Below, piece after piece: positions 41,904-51,350 of a stretch of DNA of 64,000 bases; within the stretch, counting starts at the first letter, position 1; each line of letters opens with the position of its first letter. The DNA comes from Candidatus Eiseniibacteriota bacterium (GTDB taxonomy: Bacteria > Orphanbacterota > Orphanbacteria > Orphanbacterales > Orphanbacteraceae), in NCBI GenBank assembly GCA_043809585.1, contig JBDROZ010000072.1, positions 1 through 64,000 on the forward strand. The letters are read 5' to 3'. Both the position numbers and the translations under genes were made by a program. The notes below the pieces were generated by a model. It did no database searches. It was not told the DNA's origin and saw nothing but the letters and a program-made list of their open reading frames with translations.

Positions 41904-42962
41904 TCACTCCCCTCTCCCCGAACCGTTCATCCCGGGGGGCCGCCCCGCCCCCTGGTATTTCTCCCGGAGGTCGGCCCGGTAGACCGGGGACCGGGGGTTC
42001 AGGGACTCGGTTTTGACCCAACCCGAGGCGTGCAGGAAATCGGACCCTCCGAGGGAGATGGCCACGTGATCGGTCTTTCCGGCGCCGAAGAAGAGGAGGT
42101 CTCCGGCCCTCCGGTCGGGGCCGGGGCGGAGGGGCTCGACGGCGCGACGCTGGAGGTCCGCGTCCCGGGGGAGGAGGATTCCGAAATGCCCGTAGACCCG
42201 CTGCACGAGACCCGAGCAATCGAAGCCCTTCGGCGACGTCCCCCCCCAGAGGTAGGGGACGCCGGCGAGCCTCTTGGCGGCCGCCACGATCTTCTCCGCC
42301 GTCGGGTAGCGCGGACCTTCCCCCGGCAGGCGGCATTCCCCCTCCTCGATCCAGCCGACGGCGCCGTCGGGCAGCTCCACTTGGATCCAGCCGCTCCGCC
42401 GGGAGCGCACGAGGAGCCGGGAGTCGAAGACGCCGTCCCTGACGATTCCCGGGCTCCGGGTCTCCGGAGTCGACCGGATCACCACGTCCCGGGCGGTTAC
42501 CGTAAGGACCGGGAAGGTGCTCCAGCGCTTCCGCTCGACCGGGGGCGGCGCCGTGAGCCCCGAGCGGTCGCACCAGCCGAGGTACCCGTCGGCGGTCCGG
42601 ACGAGGAACCACTCCCCCCGCGCGGTGAGACGTTCGAGATACTCGCCCAGCACGGCTTGGTTCCGGAGTTCGGCGCGGTGATCGGGGGCGCGGCGAAGGT
42701 GGGCGACGGAGACCACGACCTGCATCGCTTCCGGCCCGTCCGGGGCGACCTCGAGATCCTCGCGGGCGGGGGCAAGGCCTTCGGCCTCGAGCCTCTCCCG
42801 GAGCCGGCCCGCGAGGGCGGGGGAACTCGCGAAGCCCGTGAGGACGATCCCCGCGCCGCTCTCTCTGGCCGTCACCTCCAGAAGGTCGAACCTGTCGTCC
42901 AGTCCTTCCGCGAGTTCCCGGATGATCTCCCGGGCCCGGGCGGGTCGTTCCTCGGCGCTCAA
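41904..42962 (-). CDS. NlpC/P60 (C40) peptidase with SH3-like domains, YkfC-like
   Basis: PYLWGGTS..GFDCSG, LPRDA, HVAI and FLHAS motifs; no evident signal peptide. Confidence 0.9.
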   Translation of the reverse strand: MSAEERPARAREIIRELAEGLDDRFDLLEVTARESGAGIVLTGFASSPALAGRLRERLEAEGLAPAREDLEVAPDGPEAMQVVVSVAHLRRAPDHRAELRNQAVLGEYLERLTARGEWFLVRTADGYLGWCDRSGLTAPPPVERKRWSTFPVLTVTARDVVIRSTPETRSPGIVRDGVFDSRLLVRSRRSGWIQVELPDGAVGWIEEGECRLPGEGPRYPTAEKIVAAAKRLAGVPYLWGGTSPKGFDCSGLVQRVYGHFGILLPRDADLQRRAVEPLRPGPDRRAGDLLFFGAGKTDHVAISLGGSDFLHASGWVKTESLNPRSPVYRADLREKYQGAGRPPGMNGSGRGE

Positions 42963-42990
42963 AGATCGCCCCCCTCCCCCGCCGGGCCCT

Positions 42991-43689
42991 TCACGACGCG
43001 GTCGGCCGGTCTTCCGCGATCCTCCCGTCCAGGAGGCGGATCACCCGCTCCGATTTCCGGGCGATGTACTCCTCGTGGGTCACGAGAAGGATCGTGTTCC
43101 CCGCCCGCCGGATCTTCTCGAAGACCTGCATGATCTCCTCCCCGGTGCCGCTGTCGAGGTTGCCCGTCGGCTCGTCGGCGAGGATGAGCGAGGGCCGGTT
43201 GACGAGAGCCCGGGCGATGGCGATCCGCTGTCGCTGCCCTCCGGAAAGCTCGCTCGGGCGGTGATGGGCCCTGTCCGTCAGTCCCACCGCATCGACCGCC
43301 TCGTCCACCCGGGCGCGGCGCTCCTCCTTTCCTACGCCGGCGTAGACCAGGGGGAGCTCCACGTTCTGGAAGGCGTCCGCCCGGGGAAGGAGGTTGAAGG
43401 TCTGGAAGACGAACCCGATCTTCCGGTTCCGGATCGCCGCGAGCTCGTCGTCGGTGAGGGACGAGACCTCGATCCCGTCGAGCGAGTAGGTCCCGCCCGA
43501 CGGGGTGTCGAGGCAGCCGAGCAGATTCATGAGCGTCGACTTGCCCGATCCCGAAGGTCCCATGATGGCGACGTACTCACCCCGCCGGATCCGGAAGCTC
43601 ACCCCCCGGAGGGCGGGGACATCGAGCCGTCCGAGCCGGTAGGTCTTCTCGAGATCCGTCGCCTCGATCAGGACGCCGTTTTCTGTCAT
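42991..43689 (-). CDS. ABC transporter ATP-binding protein (MacB/LolD-like)
   Basis: [27 protein letters not shown] and ADEPTGNLD motifs. Confidence 0.95.
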   Translation of the reverse strand: MTENGVLIEATDLEKTYRLGRLDVPALRGVSFRIRRGEYVAIMGPSGSGKSTLMNLLGCLDTPSGGTYSLDGIEVSSLTDDELAAIRNRKIGFVFQTFNLLPRADAFQNVELPLVYAGVGKEERRARVDEAVDAVGLTDRAHHRPSELSGGQRQRIAIARALVNRPSLILADEPTGNLDSGTGEEIMQVFEKIRRAGNTILLVTHEEYIARKSERVIRLLDGRIAEDRPTAS

Positions 43690-43690
43690 G

Positions 43691-45016
43691 CTATTCGCCG
43701 ACCCCCATGGCGTTCGCGAGGGCCACCCGCGCCGTCAGATGCCCGTAGACCGCCTCCACCTTCGCCGCCCGTGCCTGGGCGAGGGAGTACTGGGCTTCGA
43801 TCAGGTCGAGAATCGGCACGAGCCCGTGCTTGTACTTCCCCTGGGAAACCCGGAGGTCCTCCTCGGCGGCCGCGACGTTCCGGGTCGCCACTTCGATTCG
43901 TTTTTGGGCTTCCTCGATCAAGAGGAGCGACTCCTGGATCTCGAAGGCGACGTTCTGGCGGGTCGCCTCGAGATTGTACTCCGCCGAGTAGGCGTTCGCC
44001 TTCCACTGCCGGACCCGCGCGTAGGTCCCGACGTTGAAGATGGGAACGTTCACCGAGAGCCGGGCGGTCCAGCTCCGGTTGTCATCCCGGAAGAGATCGC
44101 CGCTCAGCTCATCGTTGTTCCAGTCGTAGGCGAAGGACCCGGAGACCGAGGGAAAGTACTCCCCCCGGGCCGACCCCACGCCGTCATTCGTCGCCCGCAG
44201 GTTGTACTCCATCTCGCGGAGATCGGGCCGGTTCTCGGCGGCGGTCCTCATGCACTCTTCGAAGTCGGGTACCGGCGCCGTCACCTCGCTCGGGCGCTCG
44301 ACCTCGAGAGGGAGGGTCACGTCGAGACCGAGGTAGGCGAGCAGCGTGGCCCGCGCGACGGCGAGGTTCTTCTCCGCCGTGATCACGTCGAGCCGGTTCG
44401 ATTCGACCTGGGCCGCCGCCTTGAGGACATCGGCGGTCACGCCGGCGCCGACCTCCTTCATCTTCTCTGCGAGCTTCAGCTGTTCCTCGCCGACCCCGAG
44501 GTTTTCCCGGGAGACTTCGAGAAGATCGGCGGTTTGCAAGAAGTTGTGGCTCGCCGCGCGGACCTGGTAGATCAGCTCCTGCCGGTCGGCGAAGTACCCC
44601 GCCCGTCCCGCCTCTCGGCTGTTCCGGGCCTGGTGGATCCCCTTGATCCCGGACCAGCTGAACAGGGTCTGGCGGAGGGAAAGCTGAACGCCGTGATTCG
44701 TGAATTCATCGGAATAGAGAGTCCGCCCATCGAGAATCACCCTCGAAGTTTTCGAGGCGCCGTACCCGCCCGACACTCCGGGCGTGAACGTGGAGTACGC
44801 ATTCAGCACGCCACGCTCGGTCGCGCGGAACGACTCCCGGCTCGACCGAAGCGTCGGGTTCGCCTCGAGGGCGACCGCGACGCACCGGTCCACGGTGAGG
44901 GGCCGGCCCTCCCCGATCTCCCGGAGGGCATCCTCCGTCTCCGACGGGTTCGCGATTCCGGCCGCGGCCGAGAGAAGCAGAGAAGCGGCGCAGATGACGA
45001 CTCGTGACGATTTCAT
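43691..45016 (-). CDS. TolC family outer membrane protein
   Basis: Signal peptide; [22 protein letters not shown] and [13 protein letters not shown] patterns. Confidence 0.9.
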   Translation of the reverse strand: MKSSRVVICAASLLLSAAAGIANPSETEDALREIGEGRPLTVDRCVAVALEANPTLRSSRESFRATERGVLNAYSTFTPGVSGGYGASKTSRVILDGRTLYSDEFTNHGVQLSLRQTLFSWSGIKGIHQARNSREAGRAGYFADRQELIYQVRAASHNFLQTADLLEVSRENLGVGEEQLKLAEKMKEVGAGVTADVLKAAAQVESNRLDVITAEKNLAVARATLLAYLGLDVTLPLEVERPSEVTAPVPDFEECMRTAAENRPDLREMEYNLRATNDGVGSARGEYFPSVSGSFAYDWNNDELSGDLFRDDNRSWTARLSVNVPIFNVGTYARVRQWKANAYSAEYNLEATRQNVAFEIQESLLLIEEAQKRIEVATRNVAAAEEDLRVSQGKYKHGLVPILDLIEAQYSLAQARAAKVEAVYGHLTARVALANAMGVGE

Positions 45017-45087
45017 GGGCGACTCCCTCGTTGACTGCGTTTGGCAGGAGCGCCCGGCCGGCGCTCCGGATCCCGTCCTCCCTCTCC

Positions 45088-45114
45088 TACGACAGGGTAG
45101 GGCGTTCGGTTTCC
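45088..45114 (-). promoter_or_regulatory. Possible ECF-sigma promoter upstream of the TolC gene
   Basis: GGAAAC-N17-CGTA. Confidence 0.35.
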
Positions 45115-45168
45115 GCCGTCCAGCGGAAGACGCGTTCACCCGGGAGACGATCCGGAACCCCCTCTCGC

Positions 45169-45873
45169 TTAGAGAAGATGCAGACCCATCTTCGCCAACT
45201 GCCAAACAACCCAGGGAGCGAATACCGTCGCCGCCGCCCGGAGCCCCCTCACGCGAAGGAGGACCGAGACGCCGATCGCGAAGAGGGCGAGAAACCAGAG
45301 GGTGAAGAGATCGAGGGCCGAGAGGAGGGGGAACCACGGGCCGGCCCCTTCCTCGGACGCGAGGGCGGCGGGGCCGAAGAAGACGTCGGGGCCCCCCTTG
45401 GCGAGCACCAAGGGGACCCAGAGGACGAGATGCGGGATCTCGACGAGCTTCGCCCACACCGCGGCCCGGAAGATCCAGGGAAACGGCTTCTTCTCCTCCA
45501 CGCCGCCGGAGAGGGAAAGCGCGAGGTAGACGCCCCCCGAATGGACGAGCAGCACGAGGAGGAGCATGACGGCCCCGGAGACGACGATCCCGGCCTTCAT
45601 GGCGGGATGCCCGAAGAACCCGAGACTGGAAGGGTCGCCCCCCCGCTCCCGCATCGATTCCGCCCCTCGCTCCATCATCGTGCCCACGAGAACGTCGAGC
45701 GTGAGGAGCGTCGCGGCCACCACCACCACGACGAGAACGATCAGGGCCCCCCGGACACGGGGCCGCTCCCGGATCGACCCGAAGAGCGCCGCGGGAGAGA
45801 ACCAGAGAAGGGGGACATCCCGGAGGAGACCGGCGCGGGGCGGAGAGTCCGGAGGGGCGGGCGCCTCGTTCAT
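45169..45873 (-). CDS. Yip1/YknW-like membrane protein
   Basis: About 5 TM helices; SPAALF..IRERP and LDLFTLW motifs. Confidence 0.75.
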   Translation of the reverse strand: MNEAPAPPDSPPRAGLLRDVPLLWFSPAALFGSIRERPRVRGALIVLVVVVVAATLLTLDVLVGTMMERGAESMRERGGDPSSLGFFGHPAMKAGIVVSGAVMLLLVLLVHSGGVYLALSLSGGVEEKKPFPWIFRAAVWAKLVEIPHLVLWVPLVLAKGGPDVFFGPAALASEEGAGPWFPLLSALDLFTLWFLALFAIGVSVLLRVRGLRAAATVFAPWVVWQLAKMGLHLL

Positions 45874-45954
45874 GAAACCCCTCCATGAAGGAAAAACCGC
45901 CGAAACGGCCCCTCGGGACCGGAGCCGGCGGTCACGGCCGAAAAGATGGGCCTT

Positions 45955-46611
45955 CTACCGCGCAGAGCTCGGGGTGAAGTTGAAAGTCATGATGATCCGG
46001 CTCTTCACCGGGATGTCGCGCTGCCTGGCCGGATAAAACTCGCTTTTCATGAGGGCTTCCCGCACGGGCTCGTTGAAAATCTCCGCGGGGGATTGCAGGA
46101 TCTCCACGCGGAGGACCTGCCCCTTTTCGTTGAGGTACACTTTGGCGACCACCGTCCCATCGATCCCCGCCTGGTTGGCGAGTTCGGGGTACTTGGGCTT
46201 GAGGATCCTCTTCTCCTGTGGCGGATCGCTGAACGAGGTGAACTCCGCGTCCCCCTCGCCCGGATCGATGTAGTTCAACCGGGCGGCGGTCGGGTTCTCG
46301 ATGTCCACCTCCGTGTCCATGATCGTCTCTTCCGGGTCCGCCTCGTCCGAGACCATCACCTCGGTGAACTCGGCGGCGATCGGAATCGACGGCCTGAGAA
46401 CTTCCACGGGCGGGAGGGGAACCTCGACCTCCTCGGGCACCTCGATCACTTGGATCTCCTCTTCCGTATCCGGCACGTACGGGTCGGGCGTGTAGCCGGG
46501 CGTGAAGAGGAACCCGAGCATGTGGATGCCCGCCGCCGCGATGAGCGAGACGTCGAAGGTCTTCCGGAAGCCTAACTTGAATTTTACGTTTTCTGTCGCG
46601 GTAACGGCCAT
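45955..46611 (-). CDS. tonB: Energy transducer TonB
   Basis: N-terminal TM with S..H; Pro/Glu-rich linker; PKYPELA..AGIDGTVV and FYPARQ motifs. Confidence 0.9.
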   Translation of the reverse strand: MAVTATENVKFKLGFRKTFDVSLIAAAGIHMLGFLFTPGYTPDPYVPDTEEEIQVIEVPEEVEVPLPPVEVLRPSIPIAAEFTEVMVSDEADPEETIMDTEVDIENPTAARLNYIDPGEGDAEFTSFSDPPQEKRILKPKYPELANQAGIDGTVVAKVYLNEKGQVLRVEILQSPAEIFNEPVREALMKSEFYPARQRDIPVKSRIIMTFNFTPSSAR

Positions 46612-46613
46612 GT

Positions 46614-47027
46614 CTACCTCCTCCGCTCGTAGTCGGCGGTGAAGGAGATCTTCGTGGCGTTCACCTTCTTCAGTTCTTCCATGATGTCCGCCATGACCTT
46701 GTAGGGCGTGCGCTTGTCCGAGTTAAACGCGACGATGAGCGCCGGGTTCATCCGAAGCTTGTTCAGAATGAGACCCTGGATCGACTCCATGTTGACCAGG
46801 CGGTCGTTGATCGAGATCTCACTCCGCTGGTTCACCCAGATGTGGGCGAGCTTCTCCAGGGGGAACTGCTCCGTGGCCGCCGCCTTGGGCAGTTCCACGG
46901 GGAGGCCGTCTTCCAGTCGGAAGATGGTGGTCACCATGAAAAAGACGAGCAGGAGAAACGCGATGTCCGCCATCGACGACGTCGGCACCACGGCGGTCCC
47001 GCCTGCCTTGCGCTTGAATCGTCCCAT
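46614..47027 (-). CDS. exbD: ExbD/TolR family protein
   Basis: [21 protein letters not shown] motif. Confidence 0.92.
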   Translation of the reverse strand: MGRFKRKAGGTAVVPTSSMADIAFLLLVFFMVTTIFRLEDGLPVELPKAAATEQFPLEKLAHIWVNQRSEISINDRLVNMESIQGLILNKLRMNPALIVAFNSDKRTPYKVMADIMEELKKVNATKISFTADYERRR

Positions 47028-47030
47028 GAC

Positions 47031-47438
47031 CTATCCCCCACCGCCCAGGCGGAGGGTGATCTTGCCCGCCTGGGCGAGCTTCAACTCGTCCAGGATGTCC
47101 ACCATGACCCCGTAGTAGGCCCTCGGGTTGGTTTCGATGACGCAGATCGTCTTGTCGTTTTCCAAAATCCTTCTTCGGACGATATCCTCGATATCGGAGA
47201 CTCGGACCTCCTGCCCGTCGAGCATGATGCGGCCGGTCGCCGCGATCTTGATCTCCAGCAGGTTCTGTTTGTTGATCCGCTTCGGCGCCGTGTTCGAGTT
47301 CGGCAGAACCAGGTCCAGACCCTTCTCCACGTTGAAGATCGTCGTCACGAGAAAGAAGATCAAGAGGAGAAACGCCACGTCCGACATGGACGAGTTCGGG
47401 ATCTCCGTTACGACCCTTGATTTCTTGACGATCCTCAT
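47031..47438 (-). CDS. exbD: ExbD/TolR family protein
   Basis: SMSDVAFLLLIFFLVTT; VDILDELK motif. Confidence 0.92.
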   Translation of the reverse strand: MRIVKKSRVVTEIPNSSMSDVAFLLLIFFLVTTIFNVEKGLDLVLPNSNTAPKRINKQNLLEIKIAATGRIMLDGQEVRVSDIEDIVRRRILENDKTICVIETNPRAYYGVMVDILDELKLAQAGKITLRLGGGG

Positions 47439-47520
47439 CCTACTTCTCTCTTCATCGTTACTTTTCTCGTCACCCTACTTCTCTCGCTATCTTACTTTTC
47501 TCGTCATCTTACTTCTCTTC
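47433..47520. repeat. Five tandem 17-18 bp AT-rich units between exbB and exbD
   Basis: TACTT(C/T)TC starts at 47441, 47459, 47476, 47493 and 47510. Confidence 0.9.
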
Positions 47521-48378
47521 CAGGGCCAGGAGGTTGTCGATCATCTCCGTCGACGCCTCTTCCATCTCGATAACGAAACGATCGATCTGGGCAATGAAGA
47601 AGTTGTACGCCGCCTGGGCCGGAATCGCGATGATGAGGCCGGTCGCGGTCGTGATCAGGGCTTCCGAAATACCGGTCGCCACGAGCTTTGCGTTCACCTG
47701 TTCCGCGGCGGCGATCGCTTCGAAGGCGTGGATCATCCCGGACACGGTGCCGAGGAAGCCGAGGAGAGGTCCGATGGTGGCCACCGAAGAGAGGACGACG
47801 AGTCCGCGCTCGAGGAAGGACATCTCGATGGTGCCGGCGCTTTGAATCGCCTTCTCCATGTCGTCCCGGCCGTGGTGGGCCTTCATGAGCCCGGCGTGAA
47901 GGATGGCGGCGATCGGCCCCCGCGTGCTCTCGCAGACCCGTTTGGCCCCCTCGATGCCGTCCGAGTGAAGGGCGGCGACGACTTGCCCCACGAGCTTCCG
48001 AACGTTGGTCTTCGCCCGGAAGAGGGTGATCAGCCGTTCGATCAGCACGGCGAGGCCGATGAGGGAGAGGGCGAGGAGAGGCCACATGAAGTTGCCGCCG
48101 TTGTGGAACAGCTCGACGAGACCGCTGCTTGCGATCTTCCCGAGAAAGCTCGTGTCCTCTTCGAGATCGGCGAAGCCGGCGCCCGCCGCGAGGCTGTCGG
48201 TCGGCTCTTCCGAGAGCGTGTCCGTCAGAGCCCCGAGCGTGTCATCCAATTCGCTCAGGGCGCCCACCGCCCCGGGGGCGGCACGATCCTGCGCCGCCAC
48301 GGGCTGGGCGCAAAGGAAGCCTGCAAGGATCATCCATTGCAGAACGAAAAACCACTTGTTCCTGCCGATCCGTGCCAT
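47509..48378 (-). CDS. exbB: MotA/TolQ/ExbB proton channel protein with N-terminal signal-like extension
   Basis: PLLGFLGTVSGMI and GISEALITTATGL motifs; start MARIG after AGGAG. Confidence 0.93.
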   Translation of the reverse strand: MARIGRNKWFFVLQWMILAGFLCAQPVAAQDRAAPGAVGALSELDDTLGALTDTLSEEPTDSLAAGAGFADLEEDTSFLGKIASSGLVELFHNGGNFMWPLLALSLIGLAVLIERLITLFRAKTNVRKLVGQVVAALHSDGIEGAKRVCESTRGPIAAILHAGLMKAHHGRDDMEKAIQSAGTIEMSFLERGLVVLSSVATIGPLLGFLGTVSGMIHAFEAIAAAEQVNAKLVATGISEALITTATGLIIAIPAQAAYNFFIAQIDRFVIEMEEASTEMIDNLLALEEK

Positions 48379-48495
48379 CGACGTTCTCCTCCGCATACCG
48401 GCTTCTGCCACGGCCCTTCTCAACGATTTCGGTTCGGAACCGGCCGGGGCCGATTCCCGATCCGGTTGACAACTGCGCTCCAATTCAGGAGTTAC

Positions 48496-48524
48496 ACTTT
48501 ACCCGCGGCCTCCAGGATTGTCAA
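48496..48524 (-). promoter_or_regulatory. sigma70-type promoter for exbB-exbD-exbD-tonB
   Basis: TTGACA-N17-TAAAGT. Confidence 0.7.
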
Positions 48525-48531
48525 CCGTTTT

Positions 48532-50067
48532 TCAGTAGTCGGAGAGCTCCGAGCTCTCCACGATCCGGAAGTTCCCGTATCCCTCGACGTCGACGAAGAC
48601 GAACCGCATGCCGAGCCCGGAGGCGACCTTGTGCTGATCTCCGAGAATTCGTCCCCGCTCGTTGTAGGTCCACACTTCGTACTGTTTCTCGCTCACGTTG
48701 ATCCCCCCCCGCTCCCTCCCTTCCTCACCGATCACCGACCGGGAGCCGGGAAAGATCCGGGACCCCGGGACGAAGGACTGGTCGGCGAAGGCGGTCCGTA
48801 TCTCGTCCGGCTCGCCGTAGCGGACGTAAACTCGGCCCCGATCCGTCTCGATCCCCTTCAGGCGGATCGACCGAAACCGGGTGTTCGCGAGCCGGATGCG
48901 GCGGTAGTGCTCCTCCCGGAGTTCGTTGACCGGAGTCCCCGGCGTCGGGTCCCGGTCGGTCCAGTACTCCTCGACCCAGGCCCGCCGCTCTTCATGGCCC
49001 AGGCGCTTCAGTTTATCGAGTTCCCCCCGGCCGAGGAGCATGCGCATCTCTTCCACCAGATCGTCGCCGGCCCGGTCCCCGAACTCCCAGGCCGGCTCCG
49101 TCTCCTCCCCCCCGGAGGACCGGGCGATGAAGTCGGCCGCCCTCCACGCCACCTCGAAGGCGCCTTCGGCGAGCGCCTTCTCCCCCCTCTCGGGGCTCTC
49201 CACGGTCACCCGGAGCCGGTAGGCTCCGGCGGGAAGACCGGTCAGGTCCATGGCGCCCGTCCGCCGGAAGAGGGAACCCCGCCCCCGCGCGGAAAGGGCC
49301 TGTTCCTCCTCGACCGCGACTCGATCGTCGGCGTCCAGAATCTCGTGACGCACCCGGTACGGCTCCCCTCCCGGATCCCGGCGCTCCGCGTGGTCGTAGA
49401 TCTCGTAGTAGAAGGAGAGCTCCGGCATCAGGACTCCGAAGAGCCGATTCGGCTGGGGCGTAACGTCCCACGACCCCTTGGCGAACGTGCCCTCCCGATC
49501 CTCCTCGATCGCCCGGGAAAACTGGATGTCCGACAGGTCGAGCCCGTTCGGGTCGAACTCCTTCGCCCGATAGAAGCAGACGGCGTTCCCCTTCTTCGCG
49601 GCTCGACCGAAGAGATAAAAGAACCCCATGCCCCGGGACTTCCTGTCCTCCACCTCCACTTCGAGTCGGTACGGTCCCTCGGGGAGTTCGAAGGCGTGGG
49701 TGAGGATCTGCAGATCGGGGGCTTCGCCTCCCCCGGGGGCCGGGCCCGGCAGAAGGGCGTCCATTCTCCGATCGAGGATCGGCTCCCCTGTCGGCCAGCG
49801 ACGGAACCGGAACCGGACACGGATCTCCGATTCCGGGGGGGCGTTCCCCTCCGGCGATTCGAAGCGGAGGTCCTTCGACGGAATGAGGAGGTAGATCTCT
49901 TCGAGGACCGCGGCACCGCGTAGGAAACTCGCCCGATCGACGATGAAGCGAATCTCACCGGAGGCCTGGACCGGATCGCCGCCGGCCGATGCCGGTCCTC
50001 CCCCCGCGAGGAGGAGGAGAGCGGCGGCCAGCACGGACCGGGCGACCCGGGGGGTTCCGGCCATCAT
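48532..50067 (-). CDS. GWxTD-domain protein (variant motif GIETD)
   Basis: Signal peptide; YW..RDPTPGTPVNE.REEHYRRI..AN and TDRGRVYVRYGEPD motifs. Confidence 0.85.
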   Translation of the reverse strand: MMAGTPRVARSVLAAALLLLAGGGPASAGGDPVQASGEIRFIVDRASFLRGAAVLEEIYLLIPSKDLRFESPEGNAPPESEIRVRFRFRRWPTGEPILDRRMDALLPGPAPGGGEAPDLQILTHAFELPEGPYRLEVEVEDRKSRGMGFFYLFGRAAKKGNAVCFYRAKEFDPNGLDLSDIQFSRAIEEDREGTFAKGSWDVTPQPNRLFGVLMPELSFYYEIYDHAERRDPGGEPYRVRHEILDADDRVAVEEEQALSARGRGSLFRRTGAMDLTGLPAGAYRLRVTVESPERGEKALAEGAFEVAWRAADFIARSSGGEETEPAWEFGDRAGDDLVEEMRMLLGRGELDKLKRLGHEERRAWVEEYWTDRDPTPGTPVNELREEHYRRIRLANTRFRSIRLKGIETDRGRVYVRYGEPDEIRTAFADQSFVPGSRIFPGSRSVIGEEGRERGGINVSEKQYEVWTYNERGRILGDQHKVASGLGMRFVFVDVEGYGNFRIVESSELSDY

Positions 50068-50219
50068 ATCGACCCACCCCCTTCCGCTGTCACACCCGCG
50101 CTCGATCCGGACCCGGCCCGCCGGCCTTTAGCCTGGACCATGCACGAACTTCCTACTGCAGTTCCGCCTCGCGGCCTCCGAAGCTTCCTTTCCGGCGCCG
50201 CTTCCTCAAGGTAGTGCCG

Positions 50220-50248
50220 AGACTACGTTTCCGGGAGCGGCTTGTCCA
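50220..50248 (-). promoter_or_regulatory. Possible sigma70-type promoter for the GWxTD gene
   Basis: TGGACA-N17-TAGTCT. Confidence 0.45.
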
Positions 50249-50307
50249 AGTCGGCTTCCCGCCACGCGATCCGAACCCTCGCTACGGAACTTCGCGCATA
50301 GTCCAGG

Positions 50308-51285
50308 CTAATAGCTGAGGATCACGCTGACCTGGTGCGACTCCCCGAGTTCGTTCAGATTCGCGAAGGAGTAGTTCACGTCCGCGGACGCGTTCGCGCT
50401 CGTCGGGAACCGAACCCCGAAACCGAGGGCGAAGTCCTGGATGTCCCGGTTGGCCATGTACCCGCCCCGGAGGGCCAGCGCGAACCGATCGAGCGGGGTG
50501 TAGACGTATTCGAGACCGAGGTTCGCCCGCTCCTGGTTGTCGCTCGGATGATTGAACTCGGCCGAGGTCAGCACGCTGTGCTGCTGCGATTGCAGCGCGT
50601 TCATCGCGACGCCCAACTTGAACGTCGTGGGCGGCGAGAATTCCTGGTCGATGAAAGTCATCGTCGAGCCGATGCTCTGCACCGTCATTCCGATCGTGAT
50701 CGTCCGGAAGCCGGTGTTGTAGAGCGTGCCGAAGTCGAAATTGATCCCCTCGGCGAACTCGTCCTCGAGGCCCTGGTGGACCCACTTGACCGTCCCGCCA
50801 AAGGAGAACTTGTCCGTCAGGAACTGGGCGTACGAAAGGCCGATCGCCATGTCGCCCGCGTCGAACTGCTCGAGCTCGCTCGATCCCGGCTGGTTGATTC
50901 CATCGGGGTGATACTCGGTAGTGCGGATCATCGGGTCCATCTGGAGCACGTTCAGCGAAACGCCCATCACGCCCGGGATGCCCCCGTAGGTGAAGACGTA
51001 TCCTGCGAACTCGTGACCGATTCCGGCCGGCCAGCTGGCATGGGAAAGAAACACGTGGCTCTTCCCTTCGAGCTTCGCGATCCCGGCCGGGTTCCAGTAG
51101 AGGGCGGACGGATCGTCGGCGATCGCCACGAACGACTCGCCCATCGCCGTCCCCCGTCCACCGACGCCGATCTTCAAGAACTGGGCGCCGATGGTCCCCA
51201 CCTTCGCGAAAATGTCACTTCCCTGGGCTGCGCCGTGCAAAAGAAGGAGACCGACGAGCACCGCTGGGAGCCTGTTCCGAATCAA
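50308..51285 (-). CDS. PorV/PorQ family (FadL-like) outer membrane beta-barrel
   Basis: FLKIGVGGRGTAMG and ALYWNPAG motifs; amphipathic strands; terminal Y; TTG start after GGAGG. Confidence 0.85.
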   Translation of the reverse strand: MIRNRLPAVLVGLLLLHGAAQGSDIFAKVGTIGAQFLKIGVGGRGTAMGESFVAIADDPSALYWNPAGIAKLEGKSHVFLSHASWPAGIGHEFAGYVFTYGGIPGVMGVSLNVLQMDPMIRTTEYHPDGINQPGSSELEQFDAGDMAIGLSYAQFLTDKFSFGGTVKWVHQGLEDEFAEGINFDFGTLYNTGFRTITIGMTVQSIGSTMTFIDQEFSPPTTFKLGVAMNALQSQQHSVLTSAEFNHPSDNQERANLGLEYVYTPLDRFALALRGGYMANRDIQDFALGFGVRFPTSANASADVNYSFANLNELGESHQVSVILSY

Positions 51286-51350
51286 GGTTCGCTCCTCCCT
51301 TTCTTCCTTCTTATGAAAAGCCGCTCTCATCTTCGCTGCCTTCCTTGCGG

